Shown here in pieces: positions 28,405 to 41,275 of a stretch of DNA of 63,012 bases. The position numbers were made by a program, and so were the translations under genes. Position 1 is the stretch's first letter. The number at the start of each line of letters is the position of its first letter. A model generated the notes under the pieces. It saw nothing but the letters and a program-made list of their open reading frames with translations. It did not search any database and was not told the origin of the DNA. This DNA comes from Bacteroidota bacterium (GTDB lineage: Bacteria > Bacteroidota > Bacteroidia > Bacteroidales > ML635J-15): positions 1-63,012 of the forward strand of contig JAYEFQ010000004.1 in assembly GCA_034658655.1 (NCBI GenBank), in the 5' to 3' direction.

Positions 28405-31400
28405 ATGTCAGTACAGAACCAGCAGAGATATTCTTTCTCTACAACGAAAAATCAACTCGAATATCCGGATTTTCTCGAAATCCAGATGAAATCGTTTAAG
28501 GATTTCCTTCAATTGGAAACTACCCTTGAAAAACGAAAAAACGAGGGATTGTATAAAGTGTTTAATGAGAACTTCCCGATCACCGATACGAGGAATAATT
28601 TCGTTCTCGAGTTCCTTGATTACTCAATTGATATGCCACGGTATTCAATTAAAGAGTGCTTGGAAAGAGGATTGACTTATAGCGTGCCGCTGAAAGCTAA
28701 GCTCAAACTTTATTGTACAGATCCCGAACATGAAGACTTTGAAACAACCATACAGGATGTTTGGTTGGGAACAATTCCGTATATGACTTCAAAAGGATCA
28801 TTCGTGGTCAATGGAGCAGAAAGGATTGTCGTTTCCCAGTTACACAGATCTCCTGGTGTGTTCTTTGGTCAAAGCCTGCATGCCAATGGTACCAAACTCT
28901 ATTCAGCCAGAATTATCCCGTTTAAGGGTAGCTGGATGGAATTTGCTACAGATATTAATTCTGTCATGTATGCATATATTGACAGAAAGAAAAAATTGCC
29001 GGTAACAACTTTACTTAGAGCTATCGGTTACGAAAGTGATAAGGAAATTCTCGAAATTTTTGGACTTGCCGATGAAATTAAAGTCAATAAAACCGCACTG
29101 AAAAAAGTCGTAGGTAGAAAGTTGGCCGCTAGGGTGTTAAGGTCTTGGACTGAGGACTTCGTTGATGAGGACACTGGAGAAGTGGTGTCTATTGAAAGAA
29201 ACGAGGTTATCCTTGACAGAGAAATCGTAATTAAGAACGAAGATATCCCTACAATTGTGGAGTCAGGTGCTAAAACAATTCTTGTTCATAAAGAACAATC
29301 TAAAACATCTGATTACGCAATTATTTATAATACATTACATAAAGATCCGTGTAACTCTGAGAAAGAAGCCGTTGTTTATATTTATAGACAGCTTAGAAGC
29401 TCTGAACCACCTGATGAAGCGACTGCAAGAGAGGTTATCGATAATCTTTTCTTCTCTCAAAAACGATATGATTTGGGTGAAGTTGGTCGTTATAGAATGA
29501 ACAGAAAGCTTGGGCTTGATACAGGTGCGGATACCAAAACTTTAACAAAAGAAGATATCATTGCAATCATTAAATATTTGATTGAACTGATTAATTCAAA
29601 AGCAGATGTTGATGATATTGATCACCTTAGTAACCGTCGTATCCGTACTGTCGGGGAGCAACTCGGAAACCAATTCGGCGTTGGACTTGCTCGTATGGCA
29701 AGAACAATTCGCGAACGAATGAATGTTCGAGATAATGAGGTGTTCCATCCAATTGACTTAATTAATGCAAAAACACTATCTTCTGTGATTAACTCTTTCT
29801 TCGGAACAAATCAGTTGTCACAGTTTATGGATCAAACTAACCCGCTTGCTGAAATGACGCATAAACGTCGACTTTCTGCTCTCGGACCAGGTGGATTATC
29901 GCGTGAGCGTGCAGGATTTGAAGTGCGTGATGTACATTATACGCATTATGGAAGACTTTGCCCAATTGAAACACCTGAGGGCCCAAATATCGGTTTGATT
30001 GCATCTTTATGTGTGTATGCGAAAATCAATGAACTCGGATTTATTGAAACTCCATACCGTAAAGTAGATACTGGAAAAGTTGATCTTAAAGAAGAAACTG
30101 TCGAATATTTGAGCGCAGAAGAAGAAGAAACATTAGTAATTGCTCAGGCAAATGCACCAATTGATGATGATGGAGTATTTCAATCTGATAAAATTCGGGT
30201 TCGCCACGATGGGGAATATGCAGTGACTGATCCTTCTGAGATTCAATTGATGGATGTTGCTCCTAACCAGATTGCATCAATTGCGGCTTCATTAATTCCA
30301 TTCTTGGAGCATGATGATGCAAACCGTGCTTTGATGGGATCTAACATGATGAGACAAGCAGTTCCATTATTGAATAGCGATTCACCAATTGTAGGAACTG
30401 GAATTGAAGCAAATGTAGCGAGAGATTCTAGAATTCTTGTCGTGGCTGAAGCGGATGGAATTGTCGAATATGTTGATGCCGATGAAATTCGAATTAAATA
30501 CAACCGAACCGAAGATGAAAGATTCTTGAGTTTCAGAGAAGATTCTGTCGTTTATCTTTTAACAAAATTTTCAAAAACAAACCAAAACTCTATTGTTAAT
30601 ATTCGTCCAATTGTCCGTAAAGGAGAAAAAGTGAAAAAAGGACAAATCTTAACAGAAGGTTATGCAACGGATAATGGTGAACTAGCTCTCGGTAGAAACT
30701 TGAAAGTGGCATTTATGCCATGGAAAGGATATAACTTTGAGGATGCAATTGTTATTTCTGATCGTGTTGTGCGTGAAGATATATTTACTTCTGTTCATAT
30801 CATTGAATATCAGTTAGATGTTCGGGATACAAAACGTGGACTCGAAGAGTTAACTGCCGATATTCCAAACGTTAGTGAAACTGCAACTAAAGATCTCGAT
30901 GAGAATGGAATCATTCGTATCGGTGCAAAAGTGAAACCTGGAGATATTATGATTGGTAAAATTACACCAAAAGGTGAAACCGATCCTTCTCCAGAAGAAA
31001 AACTGTTGCGCGCTATCTTTGGAGATAAAGCAGGTGATGTAAAAGATGCTTCGATGAAAGCATCTCCATCAACTCATGGTGTCGTTGTGGATAAAAAATT
31101 GTTCTCAAAAATAACTAAAGATAGAAAGATACGTAATCAGGAAAAAGTGTTGATTGAAAATATTGAAAATGAATTCAATCAGCAGGCTGAAGTACTTAAA
31201 GGAGTCCTTGTTGATAAATTGTTTGTTATTGTAAATGGTAAAACATCACAGGGTGTGTTTGATCATTATGGTGCTGAGTTAATTCCAAAAGGAAAAAAAT
31301 TCACACAAAAACAACTTCATGTTATTGACTTTTTAAATGTAAATCCTTTAAAATGGACTACTGACAAAAAGAAAAATGCACAAATCCAGAAAATCCTCCA

Positions 31401-32214
31401 GAATTTTGTGATTGAACATAAGGAGCTTGAGGGTGAATATCGCCGAAAAACCTTGAATCTTACTATTGGTGATGAGTTGCCAAATGGAATTATTCAAATG
31501 GCAAAAGTATATCTCGCTAAGAAACGAGTTGTAAAAGTCGGTGATAAGCTTGCAGGTCGTCACGGAAATAAAGGAATTCTTGCGCGTATCGTACGTCAGG
31601 AAGATATGCCTTTCCTTGAAGATGGAACTCCTGTGGATATCGTACTTAACCCTTTGGGTGTACCATCCCGTATGAACTTGGGACAGATTTATGAAACTGT
31701 ACTAGGTTTGGCAGGCGAAAAACTTGGAATGAAATTCGCAACACCAATTTTTGATGGTGCAACATTGGATCAAATTAATGAATATTCTGATAAAGCTGGA
31801 ATTCCAAGATACGGTAGAACCTTCTTGTACGATGGTGAAACTGGTGATCAATTTGACCAACCTGCAACTGTCGGGATTATTTATATGCTCAAATTGGGTC
31901 ACATGGTGGAAGATAAAATGCATGCACGTTCAATAGGACCATACTCACTCATTACGCAGCAACCACTTGGAGGTAAAGCTCAATTTGGGGGACAGCGTTT
32001 TGGCGAAATGGAAGTGTGGGCACTCGAAGCATATGGGGCTGCTCATACTCTGCGCGAAATCTTGACTGTTAAGTCAGATGACGTGAAGGGACGTGCTAAA
32101 ACATATGAATCCATAGTGAAAGGTACTAATATGCCGGAACAAGGCATACCGGAATCTCTTAACGTGTTGATCCATGAACTTCAGGGTTTGTGCCTGAATT
32201 TTGAATTAAAGTAG
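28405..32214 (+). CDS. rpoB: DNA-directed RNA polymerase subunit beta
   Basis: 1269 aa; [12 protein letters not shown] motif. Confidence 0.99.
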   Translation: MSVQNQQRYSFSTTKNQLEYPDFLEIQMKSFKDFLQLETTLEKRKNEGLYKVFNENFPITDTRNNFVLEFLDYSIDMPRYSIKECLERGLTYSVPLKAKLKLYCTDPEHEDFETTIQDVWLGTIPYMTSKGSFVVNGAERIVVSQLHRSPGVFFGQSLHANGTKLYSARIIPFKGSWMEFATDINSVMYAYIDRKKKLPVTTLLRAIGYESDKEILEIFGLADEIKVNKTALKKVVGRKLAARVLRSWTEDFVDEDTGEVVSIERNEVILDREIVIKNEDIPTIVESGAKTILVHKEQSKTSDYAIIYNTLHKDPCNSEKEAVVYIYRQLRSSEPPDEATAREVIDNLFFSQKRYDLGEVGRYRMNRKLGLDTGADTKTLTKEDIIAIIKYLIELINSKADVDDIDHLSNRRIRTVGEQLGNQFGVGLARMARTIRERMNVRDNEVFHPIDLINAKTLSSVINSFFGTNQLSQFMDQTNPLAEMTHKRRLSALGPGGLSRERAGFEVRDVHYTHYGRLCPIETPEGPNIGLIASLCVYAKINELGFIETPYRKVDTGKVDLKEETVEYLSAEEEETLVIAQANAPIDDDGVFQSDKIRVRHDGEYAVTDPSEIQLMDVAPNQIASIAASLIPFLEHDDANRALMGSNMMRQAVPLLNSDSPIVGTGIEANVARDSRILVVAEADGIVEYVDADEIRIKYNRTEDERFLSFREDSVVYLLTKFSKTNQNSIVNIRPIVRKGEKVKKGQILTEGYATDNGELALGRNLKVAFMPWKGYNFEDAIVISDRVVREDIFTSVHIIEYQLDVRDTKRGLEELTADIPNVSETATKDLDENGIIRIGAKVKPGDIMIGKITPKGETDPSPEEKLLRAIFGDKAGDVKDASMKASPSTHGVVVDKKLFSKITKDRKIRNQEKVLIENIENEFNQQAEVLKGVLVDKLFVIVNGKTSQGVFDHYGAELIPKGKKFTQKQLHVIDFLNVNPLKWTTDKKKNAQIQKILQNFVIEHKELEGEYRRKTLNLTIGDELPNGIIQMAKVYLAKKRVVKVGDKLAGRHGNKGILARIVRQEDMPFLEDGTPVDIVLNPLGVPSRMNLGQIYETVLGLAGEKLGMKFATPIFDGATLDQINEYSDKAGIPRYGRTFLYDGETGDQFDQPATVGIIYMLKLGHMVEDKMHARSIGPYSLITQQPLGGKAQFGGQRFGEMEVWALEAYGAAHTLREILTVKSDDVKGRAKTYESIVKGTNMPEQGIPESLNVLIHELQGLCLNFELK

Positions 32215-32240
32215 TATTTAGATTCTAATATTTTCGATAT

Positions 32241-35200
32241 ATGGCTTTCAGAAAAGACAAGAAAGTTACAAGTAACTTTAATAAAATTTCCATCAGTTTG
32301 GCGTCACCAGAAGATATTCTGGACCGCTCAAGTGGAGAAGTTACAAAACCGGAAACCATCAATTACCGGACATATAAACCGGAGCGTGATGGCTTGTTTT
32401 GTGAACGTATCTTTGGACCTGTAAAAGACTACGAATGTCACTGTGGTAAGTACAAAGGAATCCGCTATAAAGGAATCGTTTGTGACCGTTGTGGTGTCGA
32501 AGTCACCGAAAAGAAAGTGCGCCGCGAACGAATGGGACACATCAAACTTGAAGTGCCCGTCGCCCATATTTGGTATTTCCGTTCATTACCTAATAAAATT
32601 GGATACTTGCTTGGGTTACCGACAAAAAAATTGGATGCAATTATTTATTACGAGAAATATATTGTTATTCAAGCAGGGATAAAAGAAGCGGATGGTATTA
32701 ATGAAATGGACTTCCTAACAGAAGAAGAATATCTTGATATCATCGATTCATTGCCGGTTGGAAATCAAACCCTTGAAAATGATGATCCAAACAAGTTTAT
32801 TGCTAAAATGGGGGCAGATGCTGTCCATGATATTTTAGCGCGACTTAAATTGGATGAATTGTCTTTCGACTTGCGTGATAAAGCAAATAAAGAAACTTCT
32901 CAGCAGCGTAAAAACGAAGCATTGAAACGCTTAAGTGTTGTTGAGGCGTTTAGAGCATCGAAAGATAAAAATAATCCAGAGTGGATGATTATTAAAGTAA
33001 TTCCTGTGATTCCACCGGAATTAAGACCGCTTGTCCCACTGGATGGAGGAAGATTTGCAACCTCTGACCTCAATGATTTGTACCGACGTGCTATTATTAG
33101 AAATAACCGACTCAAGCGACTTATGGAAATTAGAGCGCCAGAGGTAATTCTACGTAATGAGAAACGTATGTTACAAGAATCGGTAGATTCATTGTTCGAT
33201 AATTCCAGAAAATCAAATGCTGTTAAAACAGATGCAAATCGTCCGCTTAAATCATTGTCAGATAGCTTGAAAGGAAAACAAGGTCGTTTCCGTCAGAACT
33301 TGCTTGGTAAACGTGTTGATTATTCTGCGCGTTCAGTAATTGTTGTTGGTCCTGAATTAAAATTGCATGAATGCGGATTGCCTAAAGATATGGCGGCCGA
33401 ATTATACAAACCATTTGTAATTAGGAAACTAATTGAAAGAGGAATTGTCAAGACCGTTAAATCTGCTAAGAAAATTGTGGATCGTCGTGACCCAGTTATC
33501 TGGGATATCCTCGAAAATGTTTTGAAAGGTCATCCAGTAATGCTTAACCGTGCTCCAACACTTCACAGACTTGGAATTCAGGCTTTCCAACCAAAATTAA
33601 TTGAAGGAAAAGCAATTCAGTTGCATCCACTTGCATGTACTGCATTTAATGCGGATTTCGATGGTGACCAAATGGCAGTTCACTTGCCACTTAGCAATGC
33701 TGCAATTCTTGAAGCTCAAGTTTTAATGCTTGCTTCTCATAATATTCTTAATCCGGCGAATGGTGCTCCGGTTACTGTTCCTTCACAGGATATGGTGCTA
33801 GGATTATACTATATGACCAAAAGTCGAAAAGGAATGAAAGGCGAAGGATTAACATTTTATTCTCCTGAGGAGGTTAAAATTGCCTATAACGAAAAGAAAA
33901 TTACCCTGAACAGTATTATTAAAGTGCGTGTTGATGATTTGGATGAAAATGGAAGTTCAATAAATCATATTTTAGAAACAACAACAGGGCGTGTACTTAT
34001 CAATGATGTTGTTCCGAAAGAATATGGTTTCTTGAATGAAGTGCTGACAAAAAAATCAGTACGTGGTATTATTGCTGAAATTTTGAACAGAACGAGTACC
34101 GCTGTTACAGCTGATTTCCTCGATAATATCAAACACATGGGTTTCACTATGGCATATCGTGGAGGATTGTCATTTAACTTAAATGATGTGATTGTCCCCG
34201 ACGAAAAAGATGAAATGATTGACGAGGGGTACACTCAAGTGGACGAAGTGATGAATAACTATAACATGGGTTTCATTACAAATAATGAAAGATATAATCA
34301 AATTATTGATATTTGGACACACACTAACGCCAAACTTACTCAGCTTGTAATGAACAAACTGAGTAAAGATAATGATGGCTTTAATCCTGTATATATGATG
34401 CTCGATTCTGGTGCTCGTGGATCTAAAGAACAAATTCGTCAGTTATGCGGAATGAGGGGATTGATGGCGAAACCACAAAAGTCTGCGGGTGCTGGGCAAC
34501 AAATTATTGAAAGCCCAATTCTTGCAAACTTTAAAGAGGGTCTTTCAGTACTTGAATACTTTATTTCTACCCACGGTGCGCGTAAGGGACTTGCCGATAC
34601 AGCATTGAAAACAGCCGATGCGGGATATCTTACAAGAAGACTCGTTGATGTTTGTCAGGATGTTGTAATCTCAGAACCCGATTGTGGAACGCTTCGTGGA
34701 ATTGTAGCTACTTCGATTAAAAAAAATGAAGAGGTTGTTGAAACACTTTATGAACGTATTCTTGGTCGTACAACAGTACACGATGTATATCATCCGCAAA
34801 GTGGTGAATTAATAATTGGTTCTAGTGAAGAAATTACCGAAGCAATTGCTCAAAAGATTGAAGATTCACCAATCGAAGAAGTGGAAATTCGTTCGGTATT
34901 GACTTGTGAATCCAAACGAGGCGTTTGTGCAAAATGTTACGGACGTAGCCTCTCTAACCTGAAAATGGTGCAAAAAGGAGAAGCTGTTGGTGTAATTGCA
35001 GCACAATCAATTGGTGAACCAGGTACACAGTTGACACTTCGTACATTCCACGTTGGTGGTGTTGCGGGAAATATTGCTGCTGAATCATCAATTACTGCAA
35101 AATATAACGGATTACTTGAAATCGACGAGTTACGTACGGTAACCCTAAAAGAAGAATCTGGAAATGTGGAAATCGTTGTTGGGCGTATGGCTGAAATGAG

Positions 35201-36512
35201 GGTGGTTGATGAGAATACCGGCATTATACTGATGACCAACAATATCCCTTATGGATCAAGACTCTATAAAGAAAATAATGCAAAAATTGAAAAAGGAGAT
35301 AAAATCTGTGAATGGGATCCATTTAATGCGGTAATTATTGCTGAAATGGATGGAGTTACTCAGTTTGAAAATGTAATTGAAGGGATTACTTTTACCGAAG
35401 AGTCTGATGAACAAACAGGATTCCGTGAAAAAGTGATTACTGAGACAAAGGATAAAAAGAAAAATCCTGAGTTGGCAATTGTTGATGGAAAGAAAAATGT
35501 CCTGAAAAATTATAACTTGCCAGTAGGTGCACATATTTCTGTGGAAGATGGAACAAAATTGCATTCTGGACAAATTATCGTCAAGATTCCTCGTAATGTG
35601 AGTAAAGGTGGTGATATTACCGGTGGTTTGCCGCGAGTTACTGAGCTCTTTGAAGCACGTAATCCGTCTAATCCTTCGGTAGTTTCTGAAATCAATGGAC
35701 AGGTTAAGTTTGGTAAGATTAAACGTGGTAATCGTGAAATTATCGTTACATCTCGTGATGGTGAAATTAAAAAATACCTAGTGCCATTGACCAAACAAAT
35801 TTTGGTTCAAGAAGGAGATTATATTCGTGCAGGAACTCAGCTTTCTGATGGCGCAATTACTCCTGCTGATATTTTGAATATTAAAGGACCTACAAAAGTT
35901 CAGGAATATATTGTCAATGAAGTCCAAGAAGTTTATCGACTCCAAGGAGTGAAAATTAATGATAAACACTTTGAAGTTATTGTCCGTCAGATGATGCGTA
36001 AAGTGATTATTGAAGATCCTGGTGATACCATGTTCCTTGAAAAACAAATCGTTGATAAATTTAAATTCCGTGAAATCAATGATGATATTTATGGAATGGA
36101 AGTTGTCGTTAATCCAGGGGATTCGGAAACGCTTAAAGCTGGACAAATTATCACAGCAAGACGTTTGCGTGATGAAAATTCATCATTGAAACGCCGTGAT
36201 TTGGCACTGGCTGATTCTAGATCTGCTGTTCCTGCAACATCATCTCAAGCCTTGCAAGGTATTACTAGAGCTGCATTGCAGACTAACAGTTTTATGTCTG
36301 CTGCATCATTCCAGGAAACAAATAAAGTGCTGAATGAAGCTGCTATCTTTGGTAAAGAAGATAACTTGCTCGGATTGAAAGAAAATGTAATTGTTGGACA
36401 CTTAATTCCTGCTGGAACAGGATTGCGTGAGTATGATAAGATTTTAGTCGGAAATAAGGCTGAAATGGATAAAATCAATGAAACACCAACTGAAGAAGAA
36501 TCTGAAAAATAG
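32241..36512 (+). CDS. rpoC: DNA-directed RNA polymerase subunit beta-prime
   Basis: 1423 aa; NADFDGDQM active-site motif; zinc-finger CHCGKY..C..CGVE. Confidence 0.99.
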   Translation: MAFRKDKKVTSNFNKISISLASPEDILDRSSGEVTKPETINYRTYKPERDGLFCERIFGPVKDYECHCGKYKGIRYKGIVCDRCGVEVTEKKVRRERMGHIKLEVPVAHIWYFRSLPNKIGYLLGLPTKKLDAIIYYEKYIVIQAGIKEADGINEMDFLTEEEYLDIIDSLPVGNQTLENDDPNKFIAKMGADAVHDILARLKLDELSFDLRDKANKETSQQRKNEALKRLSVVEAFRASKDKNNPEWMIIKVIPVIPPELRPLVPLDGGRFATSDLNDLYRRAIIRNNRLKRLMEIRAPEVILRNEKRMLQESVDSLFDNSRKSNAVKTDANRPLKSLSDSLKGKQGRFRQNLLGKRVDYSARSVIVVGPELKLHECGLPKDMAAELYKPFVIRKLIERGIVKTVKSAKKIVDRRDPVIWDILENVLKGHPVMLNRAPTLHRLGIQAFQPKLIEGKAIQLHPLACTAFNADFDGDQMAVHLPLSNAAILEAQVLMLASHNILNPANGAPVTVPSQDMVLGLYYMTKSRKGMKGEGLTFYSPEEVKIAYNEKKITLNSIIKVRVDDLDENGSSINHILETTTGRVLINDVVPKEYGFLNEVLTKKSVRGIIAEILNRTSTAVTADFLDNIKHMGFTMAYRGGLSFNLNDVIVPDEKDEMIDEGYTQVDEVMNNYNMGFITNNERYNQIIDIWTHTNAKLTQLVMNKLSKDNDGFNPVYMMLDSGARGSKEQIRQLCGMRGLMAKPQKSAGAGQQIIESPILANFKEGLSVLEYFISTHGARKGLADTALKTADAGYLTRRLVDVCQDVVISEPDCGTLRGIVATSIKKNEEVVETLYERILGRTTVHDVYHPQSGELIIGSSEEITEAIAQKIEDSPIEEVEIRSVLTCESKRGVCAKCYGRSLSNLKMVQKGEAVGVIAAQSIGEPGTQLTLRTFHVGGVAGNIAAESSITAKYNGLLEIDELRTVTLKEESGNVEIVVGRMAEMRVVDENTGIILMTNNIPYGSRLYKENNAKIEKGDKICEWDPFNAVIIAEMDGVTQFENVIEGITFTEESDEQTGFREKVITETKDKKKNPELAIVDGKKNVLKNYNLPVGAHISVEDGTKLHSGQIIVKIPRNVSKGGDITGGLPRVTELFEARNPSNPSVVSEINGQVKFGKIKRGNREIIVTSRDGEIKKYLVPLTKQILVQEGDYIRAGTQLSDGAITPADILNIKGPTKVQEYIVNEVQEVYRLQGVKINDKHFEVIVRQMMRKVIIEDPGDTMFLEKQIVDKFKFREINDDIYGMEVVVNPGDSETLKAGQIITARRLRDENSSLKRRDLALADSRSAVPATSSQALQGITRAALQTNSFMSAASFQETNKVLNEAAIFGKEDNLLGLKENVIVGHLIPAGTGLREYDKILVGNKAEMDKINETPTEEESEK

Positions 36513-36520
36513 TTGATATT

Positions 36521-36844
36521 ATGGATGATAATAAGCAAAAAGGAAATCAAATCAATATTGAATTGAAAGAAGATGTTGCTCAGGGAACCTATGCAAACCT
36601 TGCTGTAATCTCACATTCGAGTTCTGAATTTATTGTGGACTTTGTTCGCATTGTGCCAGGCGTGCCTAAAGCACCGGTGAAATCTAGAATTATTCTGACA
36701 CCGGAACATGCAAAACGCCTTATGATAGCGCTTCAGGAAAATATTGAAAAATATGAATCCTTAAATGGTAAAATCACTGTGAAAGGTGGAACAAAACCTC
36801 CAAAAATGCCTATGAATTTTGGTGGTCCCACTGCTCAGGCTTAA
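36521..36844 (+). CDS. DUF3467 domain-containing protein
   Basis: GTYANLAVISHSSSEFIVDFV...SRIILTPEHAKRL pattern. As I recall, this position immediately after rpoC is commonly seen in Bacteroidota. Confidence 0.8.
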   Translation: MDDNKQKGNQINIELKEDVAQGTYANLAVISHSSSEFIVDFVRIVPGVPKAPVKSRIILTPEHAKRLMIALQENIEKYESLNGKITVKGGTKPPKMPMNFGGPTAQA

Positions 36845-36857
36845 TATTATAGATACT

Positions 36858-36895
36858 AAAAAAATAGCTTGCAAATTTTTGCAAGCTATTTTTTA
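36858..36895. terminator. Bidirectional rho-independent terminator after the rpoBC-DUF3467 unit
   Basis: atagcttgcaaa at 36864-36875 pairs perfectly with tttgcaagctat at 36878-36889. Flanked by an A-run on the left and a T-run on the right. Confidence 0.85.
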
Positions 36896-37045
36896 TTCAC
36901 ATGATTCAAATCAATTGTTATCTATGTGAATTGCCTTTCGTATCAATTCGTTGTTTATATACACCTCAAGAATAATTCCTGGGATAATATCAAAGCCTGA
37001 ATATTTATTAATCCTATCTTTTTTTATTCCTTTAGGCTTAAAGCA

Positions 37046-37483
37046 TCAAATATCCGACCGAATATCTCCATGCCATACTTCCATATGATACCATTTTCTG
37101 CCTAGGATTTGCTTTGTGTCAGAATGTTTGATGCACTTTATCTCTTTATCTCTCTCAAGTTCTGGGAAAAGGTAATCGTATTCAGAGGGAGTTTTAAGTT
37201 TTTCTTCGTATTCCAAAAAATTATCTTCAAAAACATATTTTTTAAATGCATTGCTTTGGGATGAATAGTAAGATGAATATTGCTTGATTATTTTCTCCTT
37301 GAAATCAACTAGTAGTTTGAAATAACTACTCCCGTTCTGGGATACTGTATGAAAACAATATGTGTTTGAGTAATAGCACGATATTGTTTCTTTGCAATTT
37401 TGTGTTTCATACGTAATGTGATATCTCTTTGAGGAAGAAAATACTTGCGTGCTTGTTATGGAAACAAGTATGAGACTTAACAA
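37046..37483 (-). CDS. Orphan hypothetical protein (probably secreted); start uncertain
   Basis: ORF-track start is TTG. The in-frame upstream codons read I-K-K-H-F-A-L-F-L from ATA at 37507-37505, which completes a typical signal peptide. No recognisable domain. Confidence 0.4.
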   Translation of the reverse strand: MLSLILVSITSTQVFSSSKRYHITYETQNCKETISCYYSNTYCFHTVSQNGSSYFKLLVDFKEKIIKQYSSYYSSQSNAFKKYVFEDNFLEYEEKLKTPSEYDYLFPELERDKEIKCIKHSDTKQILGRKWYHMEVWHGDIRSDI

Positions 37484-37834
37484 GAAAAGTGCAAAATGTT
37501 TTTTTATGACAAATTATTTATCTTGTTTGTGCATAGTAACCTGATGATATCCATGCATTTTTTAAGCAAACATTATGAACAGCTGCATTATCCCATGGAT
37601 TATTTGGATCATCATATTCCACTCTGCAATCAAGATAAGATAGGCAGTCATGAGCCGCAATCATTCCAAGTTTATGAAGGTAACCCCATGGAAGTTTTGA
37701 ATTTCTTAATTCATATAATTTAGTTTTAAAGTTTTAATTACGAGTAAATACAATTTTGATGAAAATTTGTTTTATATCAAAATAAGAAAAGTTAATTCGT
37801 TGTATTTACTAATTGAATTTTTCATGTAATTAGT

Positions 37835-39682
37835 TTACATTTTTGAGTGTTTTTCCAAAAATTGATGCAAAACAATTAACAACCAAATTCTGTTGTATAA
37901 ATAATCTTTTCCACCAAAAAACTCAGCCTTAAGTGTCTTAACACCATGGTAATGAACGGCTCTGTGTTTTTCTATCATTGGTTTTGAAAGATAAGTGTCA
38001 ATTAAATATTTTAAATCAGTACTCAACCATTCTCGTAATGGGATAGAAAATCCCCATTTTGGTCTGTCAAAATAGGAAGCTGGAACGTAATCGTAAAGTA
38101 CCTCTTTTAATAAATATTTTTTGACTTTATGATTGACTTTTAGTTTTGGCGATAAGTTCAACGCAAATTCTACAATTCTATGGTCTAGTAGTGGAACGCG
38201 GGCTTCAAGGCCATATCGCATGCTTGCTCTATCTAGCTTAGTTAACAAATCATCTTTTAAATAATAGCGTAAATCAAAAATAGCCTGGTCTTCACGAGCC
38301 GTTAAATTTCTGACAAAATAACTATAATCTTCTAACATATTAATTTCGTCACTGGCTTTATTCTTTATAAGTGATTCTATTTCAGGAATTGAAAAGAAAA
38401 ATTGTTCCTGTGAGAAAATATGCGATTTGATTTGGTCTTTGTTTTCATATTTGAAAATCTCTGCCCGATGTTGATATTTCTCTATTTTTGAAAGCCCTTG
38501 CCCGATCGTTTTTCTAAATCCCTGAACAAGTGGATTTGATAATCTTTGAGCCCAAGTGTATGCCCCATAGCCATGGAATAATTCGTCGCCACCATCACCA
38601 GATAATGCAACAGTTACTTTTTCTCGTGCAAAACGTGATAAAATCATTGTTGGAATGGCAGAAGAATCTGCATAAGGTTCGTCATAATAATCCAATAAAT
38701 CTGGAATCATAGTTTTTGCATCCTCTTGAGAAACCATTAATTCATGGTGGTTAGTCCCAAGATAATCGGCAACTTTTTTTGCAAACCCGGCTTCGTTGTA
38801 TTTAGATTCCTTAAATCCGATGGAAAATGTATTGAGTTTTTCTTTTGTATGCTTTTGGGCAACAGCTGTAACTAAACTTGAGTCAATTCCTCCGCTTAAA
38901 AAACTGCCAAAAGGTACATCGCTCATTAGTCGAGAGCTAACAGATGATTCAACGAGTTCACTTAAACGGGTTTTTGCATCGGTATAATTTGTAATTAAAT
39001 TTCTGCGAATTGTACCTTCAATCATCCAGTAAGCTTCAATGCGAAGTCCTTCTTCATCTATAATGCCAAAATGTCCTGCCGGAAATTTCTTTATTTTTCT
39101 GTAGATCGTATTTGGTTCAGGGATATAACCAATATGCAGAAATTCATTGATAGCACTGCGGCTAATTTCAAGATTGTCTTTAATATGACTAAGTTGTAAA
39201 AGGGCTTTTAGCTCTGAAGCAAAAGCAAAATAGTCGTCATCCCAATAATAAAACAGAGGCTTAATACCAATGCGATCACGAAATAAATAGAGTTGTTTGT
39301 TGTGCTTGTCATAAATAGCAATGCTGAACATCCCATTTAATTTATTGACAAAAGTAACACCCCATTCTTCAAATGCTTCAAGTAAAACCTCAGTGTCACT
39401 CGTTGTTCTGAAATCAAGATGTAATTCTTCGGCTATTTCTTTATAATTGTAAATTTCACCGTTAAAAACTGTGATATAACGCCGTGAATGAGACTCCATC
39501 GGCTGATTTGCATTCTCTGATAAATCTAAAATGCTTAATCGTTTATGGGCTAAACCTGCAACCTGATCACAATATATACCTTCTGCATCTGGGCCTCTGT
39601 GATTGAGACTGTCTGCCATTCGGGTTAATTCCGATTGATTTACAAATTCTTTATGGCTATATAAACCGCATATTCCACACAT
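37835..39682 (-). CDS. asnB: Asparagine synthase (glutamine-hydrolysing), AsnB family
   Basis: N-terminal MCGI nucleophile and SGGIDSS PP-loop; 615 aa. Confidence 0.9.
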   Translation of the reverse strand: MCGICGLYSHKEFVNQSELTRMADSLNHRGPDAEGIYCDQVAGLAHKRLSILDLSENANQPMESHSRRYITVFNGEIYNYKEIAEELHLDFRTTSDTEVLLEAFEEWGVTFVNKLNGMFSIAIYDKHNKQLYLFRDRIGIKPLFYYWDDDYFAFASELKALLQLSHIKDNLEISRSAINEFLHIGYIPEPNTIYRKIKKFPAGHFGIIDEEGLRIEAYWMIEGTIRRNLITNYTDAKTRLSELVESSVSSRLMSDVPFGSFLSGGIDSSLVTAVAQKHTKEKLNTFSIGFKESKYNEAGFAKKVADYLGTNHHELMVSQEDAKTMIPDLLDYYDEPYADSSAIPTMILSRFAREKVTVALSGDGGDELFHGYGAYTWAQRLSNPLVQGFRKTIGQGLSKIEKYQHRAEIFKYENKDQIKSHIFSQEQFFFSIPEIESLIKNKASDEINMLEDYSYFVRNLTAREDQAIFDLRYYLKDDLLTKLDRASMRYGLEARVPLLDHRIVEFALNLSPKLKVNHKVKKYLLKEVLYDYVPASYFDRPKWGFSIPLREWLSTDLKYLIDTYLSKPMIEKHRAVHYHGVKTLKAEFFGGKDYLYNRIWLLIVLHQFLEKHSKM

Positions 39683-39903
39683 AATCTCTAGTTTCAGTCT
39701 ATAACAAAAGTAATAATCTATTGATTAATTTGTGAATTTTTTAAATCTATTATTCGAAAATTATATCATACCATTTTAAAATCAAAAATTACAGTATTCT
39801 ACATCGGTATAACATCGCCTATTCTGTCAACCTTATTCCTTAACAACCACTAAGTTTGTAAAAAATGATAGTGTTTTTTGATATTTACTTGAGATTTTTT
39901 TGT

Positions 39904-41274
39904 TTAAAGCATTTTATTCACATCAACAATACGGTCAAAATCCGCTGGGGCTATTTTACCGAAATGAATGGCAGCTTCGCGTAAACTTAAATTGTTTTGA
40001 TGTGCATGTTGAGCAATTTTTGCTGCATTTTCATAGCCGATATCTTTTGTTAAGGCAGTTACTAGCATTAGTGATTGATTCAAATGCAATTCAATTTTAT
40101 CTATGTTTGGTTTGATTTCTTTAAGATTATGCTTTGTAAATGACCGACTAATGTCAGCAAGCAATTGTCCTGATTCCAGCAGGTTTGATGCAAGCAGTGG
40201 CATGAATGTGTTGAGCTGAAAATGCCCATTCATATTGGCAATTGCAGTTCCTGAATTGTGCGATATAATGCGTGCACAAGCCATTTGAACAGCTTCAATT
40301 TGTGTCGGATTTATTTTTCCCGGCATAATACTTGACCCCGGTTCTTTGGCAGGAAGTTCCAATTCGCTAAGTCCGGTTCTTGGCCCTGATGCCATCATAC
40401 GGATATCGTTCGTAATTTTAAATAAATCTGTCGAAACTTGGGCGAACGCTTGCTGAACACTTAAAATAGCAGTTTTTGATGACATGCTTTCAAATCGATT
40501 TTCTGCAGGTTTAAATGCTATCCCTGTCTCATCGGATAGTAATTCTATTGTTTTGCTGCCAAAATCTTTACTGGCATTTAATCCGGTGCCTACAGCAGTT
40601 CCGCCTAGAGGTAGCTCCATCAAATGCGTTAAACTATGTTCTATTGTGTTAATGCCCCAATCAATTTGTTTTGCATAACCTGAAAATTCGTCTCCCATGC
40701 GTATCGGAACAGCATCCATCATATGAGTGCGTCCTGTTTTGATGATATCATGAAAATTTCTTGCTTTTTCGCTTAGCATATCTCGCAATTCAACTAATGC
40801 TGGAATGACAGAATTTAAAATCTGTTGTGCCAATGCAATATGAATGGCTGAGGGAAAGACATCGTTTGATGATTGCGATTTGTTAACATGATCATTTGGA
40901 TGTAAAGCCAATGATGAACCGTTTGCAATTGCCTTTCCTCGGTTAGCAATTACTTCATTGACATTCATGTTGGTATGTGTTCCTGAACCGGTCTGCCATA
41001 TGCTTAATGGAAAGTGATTATCCAGCTTGCCGGATGAAATTTCCTGACACACAGTTTTAATAAGTTCTGCTTGGGTTTGATTTAATTTTCCCTCTTCAAA
41101 ATTTACCTGTGCTGCATGTTCTTTTATTAATGCTAGAGCACGAATTATGGGTTTCGGCATGGGATGATTTCCAATTTTAAAATGTTCTAAGGTGCGCTGT
41201 GTGACAGTTCCCCAGTATTTGTCTGCCGGGATTTCAATCGATCCTAGATTATCATGTGCAGTGTGTGTGTGCAT
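39904..41274 (-). CDS. fumC: Class II fumarate hydratase
   Basis: GSSIMPGKINPTQ signature (PTQ favours fumarase over aspartase); 456 aa. Confidence 0.88.
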   Translation of the reverse strand: MHTHTAHDNLGSIEIPADKYWGTVTQRTLEHFKIGNHPMPKPIIRALALIKEHAAQVNFEEGKLNQTQAELIKTVCQEISSGKLDNHFPLSIWQTGSGTHTNMNVNEVIANRGKAIANGSSLALHPNDHVNKSQSSNDVFPSAIHIALAQQILNSVIPALVELRDMLSEKARNFHDIIKTGRTHMMDAVPIRMGDEFSGYAKQIDWGINTIEHSLTHLMELPLGGTAVGTGLNASKDFGSKTIELLSDETGIAFKPAENRFESMSSKTAILSVQQAFAQVSTDLFKITNDIRMMASGPRTGLSELELPAKEPGSSIMPGKINPTQIEAVQMACARIISHNSGTAIANMNGHFQLNTFMPLLASNLLESGQLLADISRSFTKHNLKEIKPNIDKIELHLNQSLMLVTALTKDIGYENAAKIAQHAHQNNLSLREAAIHFGKIAPADFDRIVDVNKML

Positions 41275-41275
41275 A

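Noticed and set aside
37496-37723. 75-aa plus-strand ORF from the ORF track.
   Set aside because: The composition looks random (His/Leu/Phe-rich, no motifs). The opposite strand carries a more protein-like open frame, so this ORF is treated as an antisense shadow.
39770-39830. Possible degenerate third copy of the hairpin repeat: aatcaaaaattacagtat resembles aatcaaaattgcaagtat, followed by tctacatcggtat, which resembles the reverse complement of the left stem.
   Set aside because: Only about 20 nt plus about 12 nt of patchy similarity in AT-rich sequence, with no intact hairpin. This cannot be distinguished from chance without a genome-wide alignment.
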